DNA of 64,000 bases from NCBI GenBank assembly GCA_965649765.1, contig OZ287758.1, positions 16,678,001 to 16,742,000 on the forward strand, read 5' to 3'. Both the position numbers and the translations under genes were made by a program. The first letter of the stretch is position 1. Each line of letters begins with the position of its first letter. The stretch is from Bispira polyomma (lineage: Eukaryota). Under the pieces are notes generated by a model. That model made no database searches. It had not been told where the DNA came from and saw nothing but the letters and a program-made list of their open reading frames with translations. Below are positions 13,801 to 25,632 of this stretch, in pieces.

Positions 13801-16800
13801 TTATCATGATATGATAACCACGCTATCTGACATGGAACATTTTTTTAAGTAATGCTATACTAGTATTGCGAAATATGTAAATCAGATTTAATCAAATTAA
13901 AAAGGAATTACTGATGTTTAAATAACTTTTTTTTGAAGCTTATGCATACTCTCTGTGCAGGCTCCAATAGAGGGTCAAACAACTCTAACTCTTGTAAAAT
14001 CGACTCGTTCACATTTTCCCCGTATTTCCGACTGAATCAATGTTGGGCGTTGCCTGCTTTTCGAAGAAGCCCCAAAACCAGTTTGGTATTGTGTCATTCA
14101 TTCTGTCTATCTTTGCAGCCCTCCTTGCTCGTGTGTTTGTTTGGCTGTGGGTTTTTACAGATAGTGTGCTGTGCTGGGTAATTGGGGGCTTGCTAAAACT
14201 GTTTAAAAGGCGACTGCTGCTCCCAACCCTCTTTTGTGTCTGGGTGCTTTCTAAAACTTGGGGAAACTAATCCGGACAAAAGTAACTCAATCTGCAGGGT
14301 TTTTTTGCCGAGAAAGGTTCCGGCGTGGTTTGTGTTAGGGGAGCAAAGGGAGAGGCAGTCACGGCACCTCGAGTTATGTGACACACTATATCAAAGTGGC
14401 TTAGTTGGGACTTGGACTGTAGCCTGTTGTTTAGCAAAGGGAGAACTCCTTTATTGGATATCTTCTATATTAAGATTTAGTGTGACATATATGTAGTGAT
14501 GGAGGTGATTTGTGACAACTGTTTGCTGCAAGAGGGGAAATTTTGTATTTATTTGAGTATGTTTGGAAGGAGAGCAAGGTTTTTGTAACTACGGGAATAA
14601 CATGCAAAGCTGTAATTAAACTTCTGAACTAAATTATTCTCAGTGAATTCAGATTTTGTTTTTGTATGGGAAATAAAACTAGACAAGGTTTAATCTAAAC
14701 TGAACTACTAGGTATTGGATACAATCTTAGATATATGTCAAGACACTCTGCAGCTTTAAAAGGCATTATTAGATATTTAACACAATATCAATGGATAACT
14801 TATGTCAATACTATTCTTCCATAAAAAGCATAAACTGAAAGGTGCTTTCAGAACCAGCTGACAAATGTGTGTGTAATTGTTTGCTACAGAAGTCTATATA
14901 TAAACACTGTTCTGTATATAAAGTTTGTGTTTAACAACACCAAACCTTTCTCCACCAGCGTCTTACCACTACAAAAAGAACAGGAAGTGGAGTTTTCACT
15001 GAAGAAGTCAGTTTGACAGGAATTGATAGCTGTCCATTTCTAAAAGCTGTTTGAAGGGGGGGTGTAGCAGTGAGTGTCTAAACATTTACACAGCACAGTT
15101 CTAACTGTTAGTCTCCAAGGCTTTCATACCAGGGGAACTCTTTTATCTCAATTACTGCCTACGGATACAAATGTGACTTCTTAAAGGTGATCACTTCTTT
15201 GCTTTAGTTATTTTTGGCCTTTATTTTGTGTGTAGCTCTTTCTGTGATCTAAGGCTGGAGTTCTTAGAGAAATAGGATGATTTATTTTACAATCCAAGGT
15301 CAAATATAATTGAACTAAAACAGTTCATTTAGTTTGGGTTTTTTGACGTGATCAAACTGAACACGTTTGTGTTTACATTCGCTTCGTTTTGAACGTAAGC
15401 AAATGGAAATAAACAAAGTAAAAATTCGGGAAAACGTAACAAAAATCAATGTATGGGCCATTTTGTACACATTTTGTACACATTTGTATATGATTGTACA
15501 TGCATTTAACACGTTTTAATGGCTGTTTCAAATTATGTTTGTATAGTTAGCCACGTTTTAAAATACATTAGCCATGTTTCTAAACACGTTTCGATCTCGT
15601 TCTTCTCATTTTGAATATTATGTGGATGTATAGTACATCTTACTTCTGTCCTTTAAGTTATATATGCAGTGTCATAGGTTACCCGCGGACGCACCAAACC
15701 TTTTAGTGGAAATCAGTGAAAACGCCCCTGACAGGCTTAAATTTAATGCAGCTCGAAATTTTTACATTTATATTAAGGGACCATCTTACTCATGCTTACG
15801 TTTACTTAAGTACACTATGTTCACTATGCAAATGCTTACGTTTTACTTATGTCTGCTATTTTTAGACATTTTTTTGGTGAGTAATTGAAACGTACGGCCA
15901 GTTTGTCCATGGCATAACATCGCTTACAAAACATCTTGTGTCAAATCATGACAGGCAGTTCACTGATGGAGGAAATCAGAACAGGGTGGTTGGTTAAGGT
16001 TTTCTGCTTTACAAGCCATCGGCCTTCACCAAATCTACTGCTAACTTTCCCACATGACAATGTCAAGATTCGAACCCACCCACTGCAGAGGTAGGAGACG
16101 AGTGTCTCACCATTCACCACACCCCCGGAGTGGCCAGCCTGCAACACATGGTTCATTGTCTAATCTGTACTGGTAACGTCATCCTTTAAGTTAGTACAAA
16201 TGTAAAAGGATTTATATGGGTGCAACGTGAAGGGGAAGCAGATGTTTTCCTGTATATCTGAAGTGGTAAGAGAAATAAGGCCGACAGCTCTCATTATAGT
16301 CTTGTATAAAGATGATACGATAACATGGATTGAATTAACAATATGTTTGTAAATTGAAATATTCAATGTAATAATGTTTACCGTGATTTATCCAATAATT
16401 TAATCCTCGTTATTTGAGAGGTTACTAGCTGTTTGTATGTACTCGTGTTAAACACATTTAGTTAGCCTGGAAACAGTGGGTATCTCTTTGTTGTGATAGA
16501 TATATCAAACATTGCTATTGTACTGATATAGTAACTGATTTAACATGATAACTACTTATGGTTGCTTCATTGTTAAATCTATATATGCAGTCCTTTACAA
16601 GGCAGACTATGTTTGGTACATGGACATTAATTTGTCCGCCACCACTAGACATTAGAGATTAAAGATAGGGATGATTTTACCAATTTACTCTTGTTATAAA
16701 CAACTAGTTAATGCAGCACACTCTGGTATGGTTGGCCAGGTGCGAGTCTATTTTGTATCTAGTGGCGTCAGAACTCATGGACAATCTAAACCTATGCTTT

Positions 16801-18594
16801 CATGTATCAGATATCTATCAGTCTGACGCCAGCTGACATTAACCTATATTGTTAATCCTAATACTTACAGTGTAACTACTATAATGTGTCATATGAGATC
16901 ACTGATCAGATGTGGGCAGAAGCTTCACATCTAAAATCGCAAAATCTGGCCGATTTGGTGTTTTTTTTTGTGCAGTATGTGTTTTTAAAACGAGATTCCA
17001 ATGAACCTTAACACACAAAAACATATTTTTATCGGCTGATTGGAAGCATAAATTGGCCGGCATCTGACAAAAAAACACCTTTATTTATAAAATCTTGCGA
17101 CATCAGGATTGGCGAAATGGAAGCCTAGACTTTGATGATCATTGTCATTACCAGACGCATGGACAATTTGATGATAGTGTGGCATCCAGAGCAGGTATAT
17201 ATTAACATTAGTATTGAGAAGAAGCACTGGAACCTCTCCCATCAAGTGAGCATCGATAGTATAAACCATAATATAACATTTGTTTCTTATTTTATCTAGC
17301 TTGTTGGTGACACGAGACCACTTTTCTGAAGGTGGTAAATACTCTAACTATAGTCATACAGATAAAACATACAGTATTGTGTACAAATGTTGTATCACTA
17401 ATTTACTGAACACAGAAAGACAGTGGTAACTATGATTTGAGGAGAATGTCTACCTAAAATTTGCATACAACACCAGTAAAAAAATGAAACTGTATGTCTG
17501 GAGCCACATCCTGTAAAAATCAGCCCCTTATGTGATATATGTCCAATATGGAAATATGAGTAAAAGACCCATAGACAGGGTTGCGACAGAACTACATATT
17601 CTTGTTCTATATGCAGTATTACAATACATTTTTCATTGCCACCACTTAGGTGATTGACACTTCCCAAAAACGTTGTTGTATCATAACTTTGGCTAATATG
17701 ATTAGCTATTAGAATATAAATATACAGCAGTCAAGCATAAGACACTAGATACTACTATGTGTGACATTTGGCCATTGTATATGTTCCGGGCAGCCACTGC
17801 TGCGATGGTAAATGAGTTAATTGAGCGGGGGGCCTCTCTGTAGTTGGTACCATTGGGGCACTGGGACAAAAACCTGTGTTATTGTACAAAAGAGCCATTG
17901 TAGTGAAAACACCAGAGAGTTTAAATCTGCCAAGTTAGCCTTCTGTTTTATCAGAGCTACAGACTCTGCAAACCACATGGGTTTAGGAGTAAAACTGCCA
18001 AATCTATCAGTGTTTAAGCAAGGTCCTGTTTGCAAGGAACTAGAGGATTTAGGGTTACCACTGGGGGTGATTTGTGATGGCATTGATTCACATGTAACAA
18101 CTAGTGGTAGTTGTTCCATCCAATAAATGCTTATTGGCAGATGTTAATACAGTTTAACGCCTTAATGATAGTTACCATACTATGATAAAAAACAGTGATA
18201 GTAAAGTTAAAGATATTAGGTTTAAGATTAACCTGAAGTAAGGGTTGTGGTTGTGATTGCAACAATTAGCAAGTAAGATTTGTGTAGGAGTGGCATCTCC
18301 CAATGGACACTTGATGTGCCTTTCTGTGTTTCAACAAGTCATGTCTATGCCTTTATGTTACAGATAGGAAGATATAGTAGGGTTTTTACTATAAACCATA
18401 GAACAAGAATAACATACATACTTGTTTTTAACAACTATGCTATAAATACTGTTTCTGAGGTCAAAATTGTTAGTGGTGGTGCTGATATATAAAATTATGC
18501 TGATTTAAATAACAAGTTTTTGTGTAGACTTTTTAAAATGGAATGGTAGTTACAATATACAATAAGTATTCTTTTGTCATTTACATATAGGCTT

Positions 18595-18785
18595 GAGGAT
18601 GACCCTTTATCAATATGCCCAATTTTCTTTAGCCTGTCTATCACGGATAAACTTCAGTAACAGAGGGTCACTGCTTTTAAGTGGGCGTCCAAGCCACTAT
18701 GCATCTGCCTGTATCTGGTAGTCCCTGCCTGGGATCGGGTCCGGGTCCTATGTGCTTTTAAGTGGCTTACCCACAAGGCCATAGT
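18595..18785 (-). mobile_element. tRNA-derived SINE, family C (Nin/Deu-like core); copies at ~28295-28450, 32811-33010, 34130-34292, 41340-41460, 49990-50185 (+) and 29410-29545, 30410-30648 (-)
   Basis: Shared block ggcagatacatagtggcttggatgaccacttaaaatgg..gtcctctgtca...ggcaggctaaagaacctt.aggacgttgataaatggtcatcctgaag, usually after a tRNA-like head. The domain name is from recollection. Confidence 0.7.
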
Positions 18786-20696
18786 TGCACTTTTTACTGT
18801 TGACAAAGATGTGCTTCAAATGGTATTATTTTAATTGGCCATAAATTTTTAACTAATTCCATTTGGTTATCTATTAGGTCTTAACACTTAGATACGTTTA
18901 TATATTGGTGGCCTTTCTCTAGGTTCATTGCCCGATAAATATTACATCCCTGCACTGTATATCATACTAGAGTTATAACACCATGCCTTGTTCCAGCCTT
19001 TGTAATCAGAGAATACTGTCATTGAATTGAGACCTCCAGGAACCAGCAGAGAAAACAACCTCATTCTAGATGGAGAAATTGTTAGAAGTCTGGATTGCTT
19101 TTTTTCTTCTTAATAGTCTGAATCGAGTCATCAGCCTTGCGCATGCGCACTACCTCTCTAGGCGGGCCTGCCTTTTATGTGAGGCAGTAATAATCTTTGG
19201 GTATATATAGTCAATTGGGTTAGGCAATCAGCCTCACTAGAGCAGTCTTTTGTATAGTTGTCTGTGGGAAAACTCATTACTCTAACATTACAGCAGGATT
19301 GATAAGTAAGCCTTGTCTGTCAACTAAATTATGGTACTTAATATACATGGATTTTATATCTGTTTTAGATGATCTCCTTGCATTTTATGTCTAGAATGTA
19401 TTTAATATTTATTAAAATGCACACAATGTATCTAAAAAAATCCTTAAAAAAAATTAAGGTCCAAGAGATATAGGTTCTAAAATGTAATATGTTACCCAGT
19501 AATATTGTAGAATGTATTTATTAAAAAATCCTATTAGTAGTTATGTACTCAAATCAGCTTCAAAAATACACTCAGCAATAGTTTCTCATGTTGTAGATTT
19601 TGAGTAAATATTGTGTAATATTTCAATTATTAATCTCTTTCTTACATTTTCCATATCAGGATCCTTCTGTTATTTTCAGATTTCAGTTACTATAATTCTA
19701 ATACCCAGCCAGTAATACAATTATACCTAAGGATGTATGTCAATATAGGCCGTGTAAATGTCCCTTGTAAATGTACAGCAGAAGAATCTAGGGTTTTTAT
19801 CAGAGAGATAAATGTTTCAGTATCTTGTTAACAGTTGTCATTTTTCCATACCCTCTGGGTGTTTCGGGGTTTGCAGAGTGGAAACCCATTTCTCAAAACC
19901 ATTTAGATAATTAGATTAGTACAGTCCCTAAAAAATTATCTATAATATTTGATAGAATTTTCTGCTCACCAAGGCTGTTGTAGGGTTAGGGGCGACTTGT
20001 TGAATAAATGGTCCCCCCCCCCCTCTGGTAATACTGTGTGTCCAGTGTAAAGGTCTTTCCAGACTAGAGCAAGGTGAGTACCAACACGGCTGGTAACTAT
20101 GTTATAAAACCAATATCTGGGTACACTACTTCATACATTCTATGTACCCACATCTATCCTTGCAACTTGGCTATGTTATTTTTTGACTTCTTCATTGGTT
20201 AATTGATTCTGTTGTTTCACTTTGGAAGATGCCTTGCGTGTTAAAAATGCATGGCAGGTACCAGTAAGGTACGGCAACTTGTTCAAATACTAATTTTTAC
20301 TCGCCTTGTGGGTTGTCCTCAATATCATAACAGGGAAAACCAGCATTTAGTCAATATACATATTGCCGTTCTCGATTGTGTATGAAAGCAATGAAAGCAT
20401 TTGCATCACTGGTGCACCACCACTTGTTAACTACTTAAAGAAGACAACCAGTAAAGTGATAAAGTGGTTATTAACACAACGGCTGTGTACGCAAGAGGAA
20501 ATTTCTGTCTTGGGTGCACAATGGATATCCACTGAGTGCAATTATGTTATATAAATCAGGTAGACAACCTTGTGAGTGAAATTAATGCCCATTTGAACAT
20601 TTAACGAGAAAATGGGTACTTTAAATGTAAAATTAGAATGTACATACTACTGATCTCCTCAAAACTAAGAAAGTTGTTTGTACTTTAAAATAGATA

Positions 20697-21070
20697 ACAA
20701 CCGTTGGGTACGTAAGACTACATATCTTTCTTGGGGACACAACCTTTGGGTACACAATATGTTTCTTTCTTGGGTACATAAGAATACACATCTTTTTGGG
20801 GGACACAACAGTTAGGTATATAAGACTATGTATCTGTCTTGAGGACACAACCGTTGGGTACATAAGACTACATATCTTTCTTGAGGACAGAACCGTTTGG
20901 TACATAAGAATACCTTTCTTGGGTACACAGCCTTTGGGTACATAATAATACATTTCTTTTTTGGGGACACAACTGTTGGGTACACAGGAATACGTCTTTG
21001 TCTTGGGGCGACAACAACTGGATATATAAGCGAGCTGTCCTGGGTAAACAGCCGTTGGGTATACAAGCAA
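20697..21070. repeat. ~42-bp minisatellite, about 9 units
   Basis: Unit approximates acaaccgttgggtacataagactacatatctttcttggggac. It explains the repetitive ORFs at 20633-21115. Confidence 0.9.
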
Positions 21071-21188
21071 AGATTTCTGTATAGGATACACTACCGTGGT
21101 GTAAATATCCTCTAAGAAATGTCTATTTATTTTCGGCCAGTTGGAATCATTGTGAGTGTAAAATAAGTAACCATACCCTTTCCAAACT

Positions 21189-21448
21189 ACTAGGACACAT
21201 TAGAGTGCTTTCCTTTGTCAATGTGTCACAGTGTTTAAAAGTGATAACAGAACCTGTATCCACCTTTCTACGCTTCTATTTAATGTATTATCTATATTTA
21301 ATGTATCCTTCCTTGGCCTTACTATACCCCATCCCTCCACTAAATTTCGTGTAAAGTGGTTCAGTAGTTTTTGGTGTAATCTTAGTGACAAACAAAGAAA
21401 AGAACAAATGGAACAAGAATAAATCATTACCTCCTTGACAGATGTTAG
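21189..21448 (-). mobile_element. Helentron/DINE-1-like non-autonomous element (related pieces at ~25185-25420, 33146-33290, 55672-55815, 58670-58750)
   Basis: Family motifs attacctc.gccaaggagg and cttggcggaggtatg.gctctactgagtgcc (subterminal inverted repeat plus 3' palindrome), with internal accaaatttcgtg..aa...gttcagtagttttt. Confidence 0.55.
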
Positions 21449-21484
21449 GACTCTTTGCATCAGATTAAAACAAGATAAGGAGTG

Positions 21485-21828
21485 TGGTCTCTCTGGCCTA
21501 GTGGTTAGAGTGTTAGACTTTGGATCTCAGGGATCTTGAGAGCCCAGATTCGATTTTCCCTGCTGGCCTGGAGATTATACCCTTGGACAAGGTACCTTAC
21601 ACAAAGTTGTCCCTCTCTACCCAGGTATATAAATGGGTACCTGGCCGCTAATGGGTATTAGTCTTTGTGCGCAGTATGTGGCAGTACGGCTAGTATGCTT
21701 ACTGAGAGAGCTAAGACTGAACAAAGTTGAAGAACCCATGATGGGGTGTACACTGTAAAGTCGACTGAGAGCTCACCAGAGGTGATATCCGACTAGAAAC
21801 CAACACACACACATTACATACATTACAG
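21485..21828 (+). mobile_element. Near full-length tRNA-derived SINE, family A (CORE-like centre, L2-like tail); copies at 26571-26822(+), 37228-37470(-), 24612-24790(-)
   Basis: A-box tggcctagtggttagag, B-box-like gattcgat, core cccttggacaaggtaccttac...ctctctacccaggtatataaatgggtacc, tail tgtaaagtcgactgag...acattacatacattaca. Confidence 0.85.
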
Positions 21829-24800
21829 AAAATTCAAGCAGAATATTAAATGCAGAATATTAAAGTGTGGTGTGTGGGTGTGTGGCTTGTGTTTCAGGCC
21901 TTGCATTCACCAAAGAAACTCATGCTCAAATTTAGAGTCAATATTAAGGTGAAAGGTATGTTTAACTCTATAATACAGGAATATCATACAATTGTAACCA
22001 TTCATTTTAATTGAGCTTTCAGTGCTGAATTCAAATATACAGTCAGATTTTATGTATCTTGCCTATAGCCTGAGATATGAGGAGACCTTCAGTAGTTGAG
22101 CCTGAGTCTGAATTAAGCTTGAGATCTTTGCAGAAGAGGGCCCCAGATATATATGTTTTTTCCATTGATCACATAAGTTCATGTAAGTTATTAGTTCCTA
22201 TTTCTGGTTGACATTTAAAGAACACACACTGCAATAATACATCAGATTAAGCAACCAATGTAAATGTCAAAAATAACAAGGAAATTTGCTTCATATTTCT
22301 GCTACACTGAACCACAAGAAACCCTTTGTCTTTTTTCCCCTGGATATTTTACATATCCCTTATTTTTAAACCAGTATGGCAAAAGAACAGAACCCACCCC
22401 TATGTTTTTAAATCAGAATGACAACGATAAAAGAACAGAATCCAATAACATTAAGACATGCTGAAGAAAAATGTTGTTAAAGAAATTACAAAAAGAACTT
22501 ATTGTTTGGTACTGAGTGTAATTTTTCTGTGAGGTACATTCAGCTAACCAGTAAAAATAACCCAATGGATTCCAATAAGAGCATGCTGAACAGCAAGCAG
22601 TGGCTACAATCTTCAAACATTTCAAGCTCAACACAGACTTAAACCCACCCCTAATGTATCCTTATTATTGGGTAGAATATATTAAAGTGACATCTGGTAT
22701 CATATTTGAATTCTGCATTGAAATTCCTGCTACAATGAATGGTCACAAGTATAGGTTGTTTTCACATAGAGTGACCACTTATGCCTTCATTTGGGTCTGA
22801 ATGGGAACTTGGACTTGGTTTGGAGCACACAGGCCCAGAGAGATATATATACATACAAAATCTGCCATTTTTATAGCCAGCTATGTAAGCCCTTGTTTTA
22901 GTAGCTGTCTCATTTAATGCTTTTCAATCTTGGCTGTCAAAGTGCAGGCTTCCCCCTACACAACTGCTAACTTACGTGGGTGACCTATGGAAATGTGTCT
23001 GTGTAGGTGGATGGCTAATTGACCAGTTGGTTGACTGGGTCCTCTCTTAAAAACCCAGTATTACATTTCTTGGGACAAGGCCTATCAATGGCCAGAGGAA
23101 GCTACCATGTAAGCATTAGTAGTTCAGCCTTTGCTGCTTTTTGCAGTGGGCAGTTTACGGTTGGCAGGATTCAGTTCGTGGTCACCTCTGGGCCTGTATT
23201 CACAAATATTTTTATAAAATTCACTAAAATTCATTCTGCTAATCTTCAAATGCTAATCAAACTGTACCAGACAAAATCTTAAAAGATAAAAATCTCTGTG
23301 AATACTATATAACCAGTTTGCAACATAATTTGCAGGCCTTTAACCTTACCCTCACTAAACCTACTCATATACATGGACTAATGGTAAATAGTTTGGGCCT
23401 TCTAGAGCAGTTAACTCTGATGTAATCTATTGCCTTAATCTATAATTGTAACATCACATTATTGTGTAAAGAATGTAAAGTTCTTGGGACATTATTTTAA
23501 TGATGGGACTCTTTTTGTTCCACGATAGCACATTGGTTAATATTGTCCTGACAGGTACAACTAATTATCGAATATGGCACAGAACAGGGATGCAAACATT
23601 AGAAACTTAAGCACTTTAAGTATTTATTATTAATGCGATACTTTATAAATTTATCTTTTATATATAAACTAATCTTGTAGTACCTGGAAACTGACATATA
23701 AAGTGTAGATCATATTGTATATATTGATATCATTAATATATCAAAATACCGCACAAGCAAGTAGATTCATTGCGCATAATATATTAAGTTACACAATACC
23801 CTTTAAAAGAAAGACATCCATTAATTTCAAATTTAATTTGTCCACTTTTTTGTTATTTTTCCTTACTTATCTTTGGCAAGGTTGTATTATATCAGCCAAG
23901 ATTTGGCTGAATTTTCTCTATGTAAATTAAGGATTGAACTGTCTCTTACTGCTTTTGTTTAATATTTTGTTTGGATGTGGCTATTTATACACCACACATA
24001 AAACTCACAAATTACAGTACCCTTATTGTACCATGGATACTAAATAGAGACCCCTTAAAGAATTTAAATCAGAGAGATACCTATCCCATGTTATATAATT
24101 TGTAGAACAGTGTGTACTATTTGTATTAACTTTTTGAACAAAATTATTTTTTGATGGGTTCTCTTTGAAAACGATTCTTCCTGCCTCCAATTTAGTATTT
24201 TTCCAGTGTATGGGTCTCTGTATGAGTGTATGTATGTGTGTCTGTGTGGTCCGACAGACAACCATGGATGTAATAGAGTGTCACAAAAACACAAACGTGT
24301 GATTTCAGATTAGGTTTCAGCAAATTTCATTGCCTTTTGAAGTGGATTCTGAAAACCCCGGTTTTAAGTGGTTTTTGTATCAGAAACATTAATTATGTTT
24401 GATTAAAATTGATGAAAAATCCAGTGGTGTTTGTTTACACACCAGGAGAACACCTTAATAAGCATGTGGGTAAGGGACCTTATAGTCTACAGCAAACTCT
24501 CCAAATGTGACCTTGAAGGGTCATAGTTAAACAGAAGTATCAAGTTGTGTGACATTTACAATAGTTATTTGATACAGCGCAGCTTTAAACATCAATATTC
24601 CGCCAGTCAGAGTTCTTCCACTTGTCAACCAATTGTGTAGTCTCAGCTCCCTTAGGATGCATACTAGCAGTGTATGCCACATGACTAACACCCAATGGGT
24701 ACCCATTTATAAACCTGGGTCAAGAGGGACGACTTTGTGTAAATCATCTTGTCCAAGGTATCAATCTCCAAGCCTGAAGCAAGGAACCTGGAATGCTTTA

Positions 24801-25456
24801 ATTATCATTCATTAGAATATATATTGGAGACGCTTTTCAGAAAGGACCTAATAACAGCTTTCTATGGATACTAAAACCAACAAGTATTCTTCTAGATACA
24901 GCCATTCAATCAATTAAAATTTTCGGGGAAGCCGTCAAAACACGTGGAACACGATTAAAACATTTATCCAGCGTAACCCCTAACTTTAACACCAAAATAA
25001 CTATACAGCGAATCGTAAAAACAGCGAAACCTCTAGACACCCTGAAAAGAATAGTTTTTAAAATGACAACACATTCCAGTTTCAGGGTTGTTCTAATGAA
25101 TGAAATGATTAATATCTCCTGGAATTGTGAGTGCTAATTAATCCTTGCATATTTTAAGTTCTACAAAAGTTGTCGGGTATGATTTATTACTTCTGCCAAG
25201 GGAGGTTATATATCTGCTAATGTATGAGCTCTACTGAGTTATGAATTGTTTGCTCCAATGTTGTGGGTTTGGCTATCTGCCCCGGGAAAGTTGGCCAAAC
25301 ACTTGCTGAAAGCCTCTGATTTATAGAGCAGACAAGTTTGACTTACCACCCTGCTCTTATTTCTACCAGTGAACTGCCTAAATCTTGGCGGAGGTATGTG
25401 CTCTACTGAGTGCCCTTTTAATTACAAATTATGTGACCAATTCATAATTCTTTTCC

Positions 25457-25632
25457 GTGAGTTCGAATCCAGTCGATACCTATGTGGGAAAGGTGGTAGT
25501 TCCTTACTGTGGGCCGCTGGTTTCAGTGCAGAACCTTGATCAACTGTATGCAGTGTTTCCTCCAGCGTTTCCAACTACCTGTCCCAATATAACCTAAACA
25601 GGTACTAGAGTGGACGTTAATATCCCAATTCA
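25457..25632 (+). mobile_element. 5'-truncated family-B SINE with target-site duplication
   Basis: Starts at the B-box (gagttcgaatcc) and closely matches the 49493-49741 copy. Flanked by aattcataattcttt at 25439-25453 and 25633-25647. Confidence 0.8.

Noticed and set aside
17817-18126. Overlapping 100/101-aa ORFs on both strands
   Set aside because: No recognisable homology and no convincing splice boundaries.
20633-21115. 152-aa and overlapping ORFs with YPTVV repeats
   Set aside because: Translation of the ~42-bp tandem repeat.
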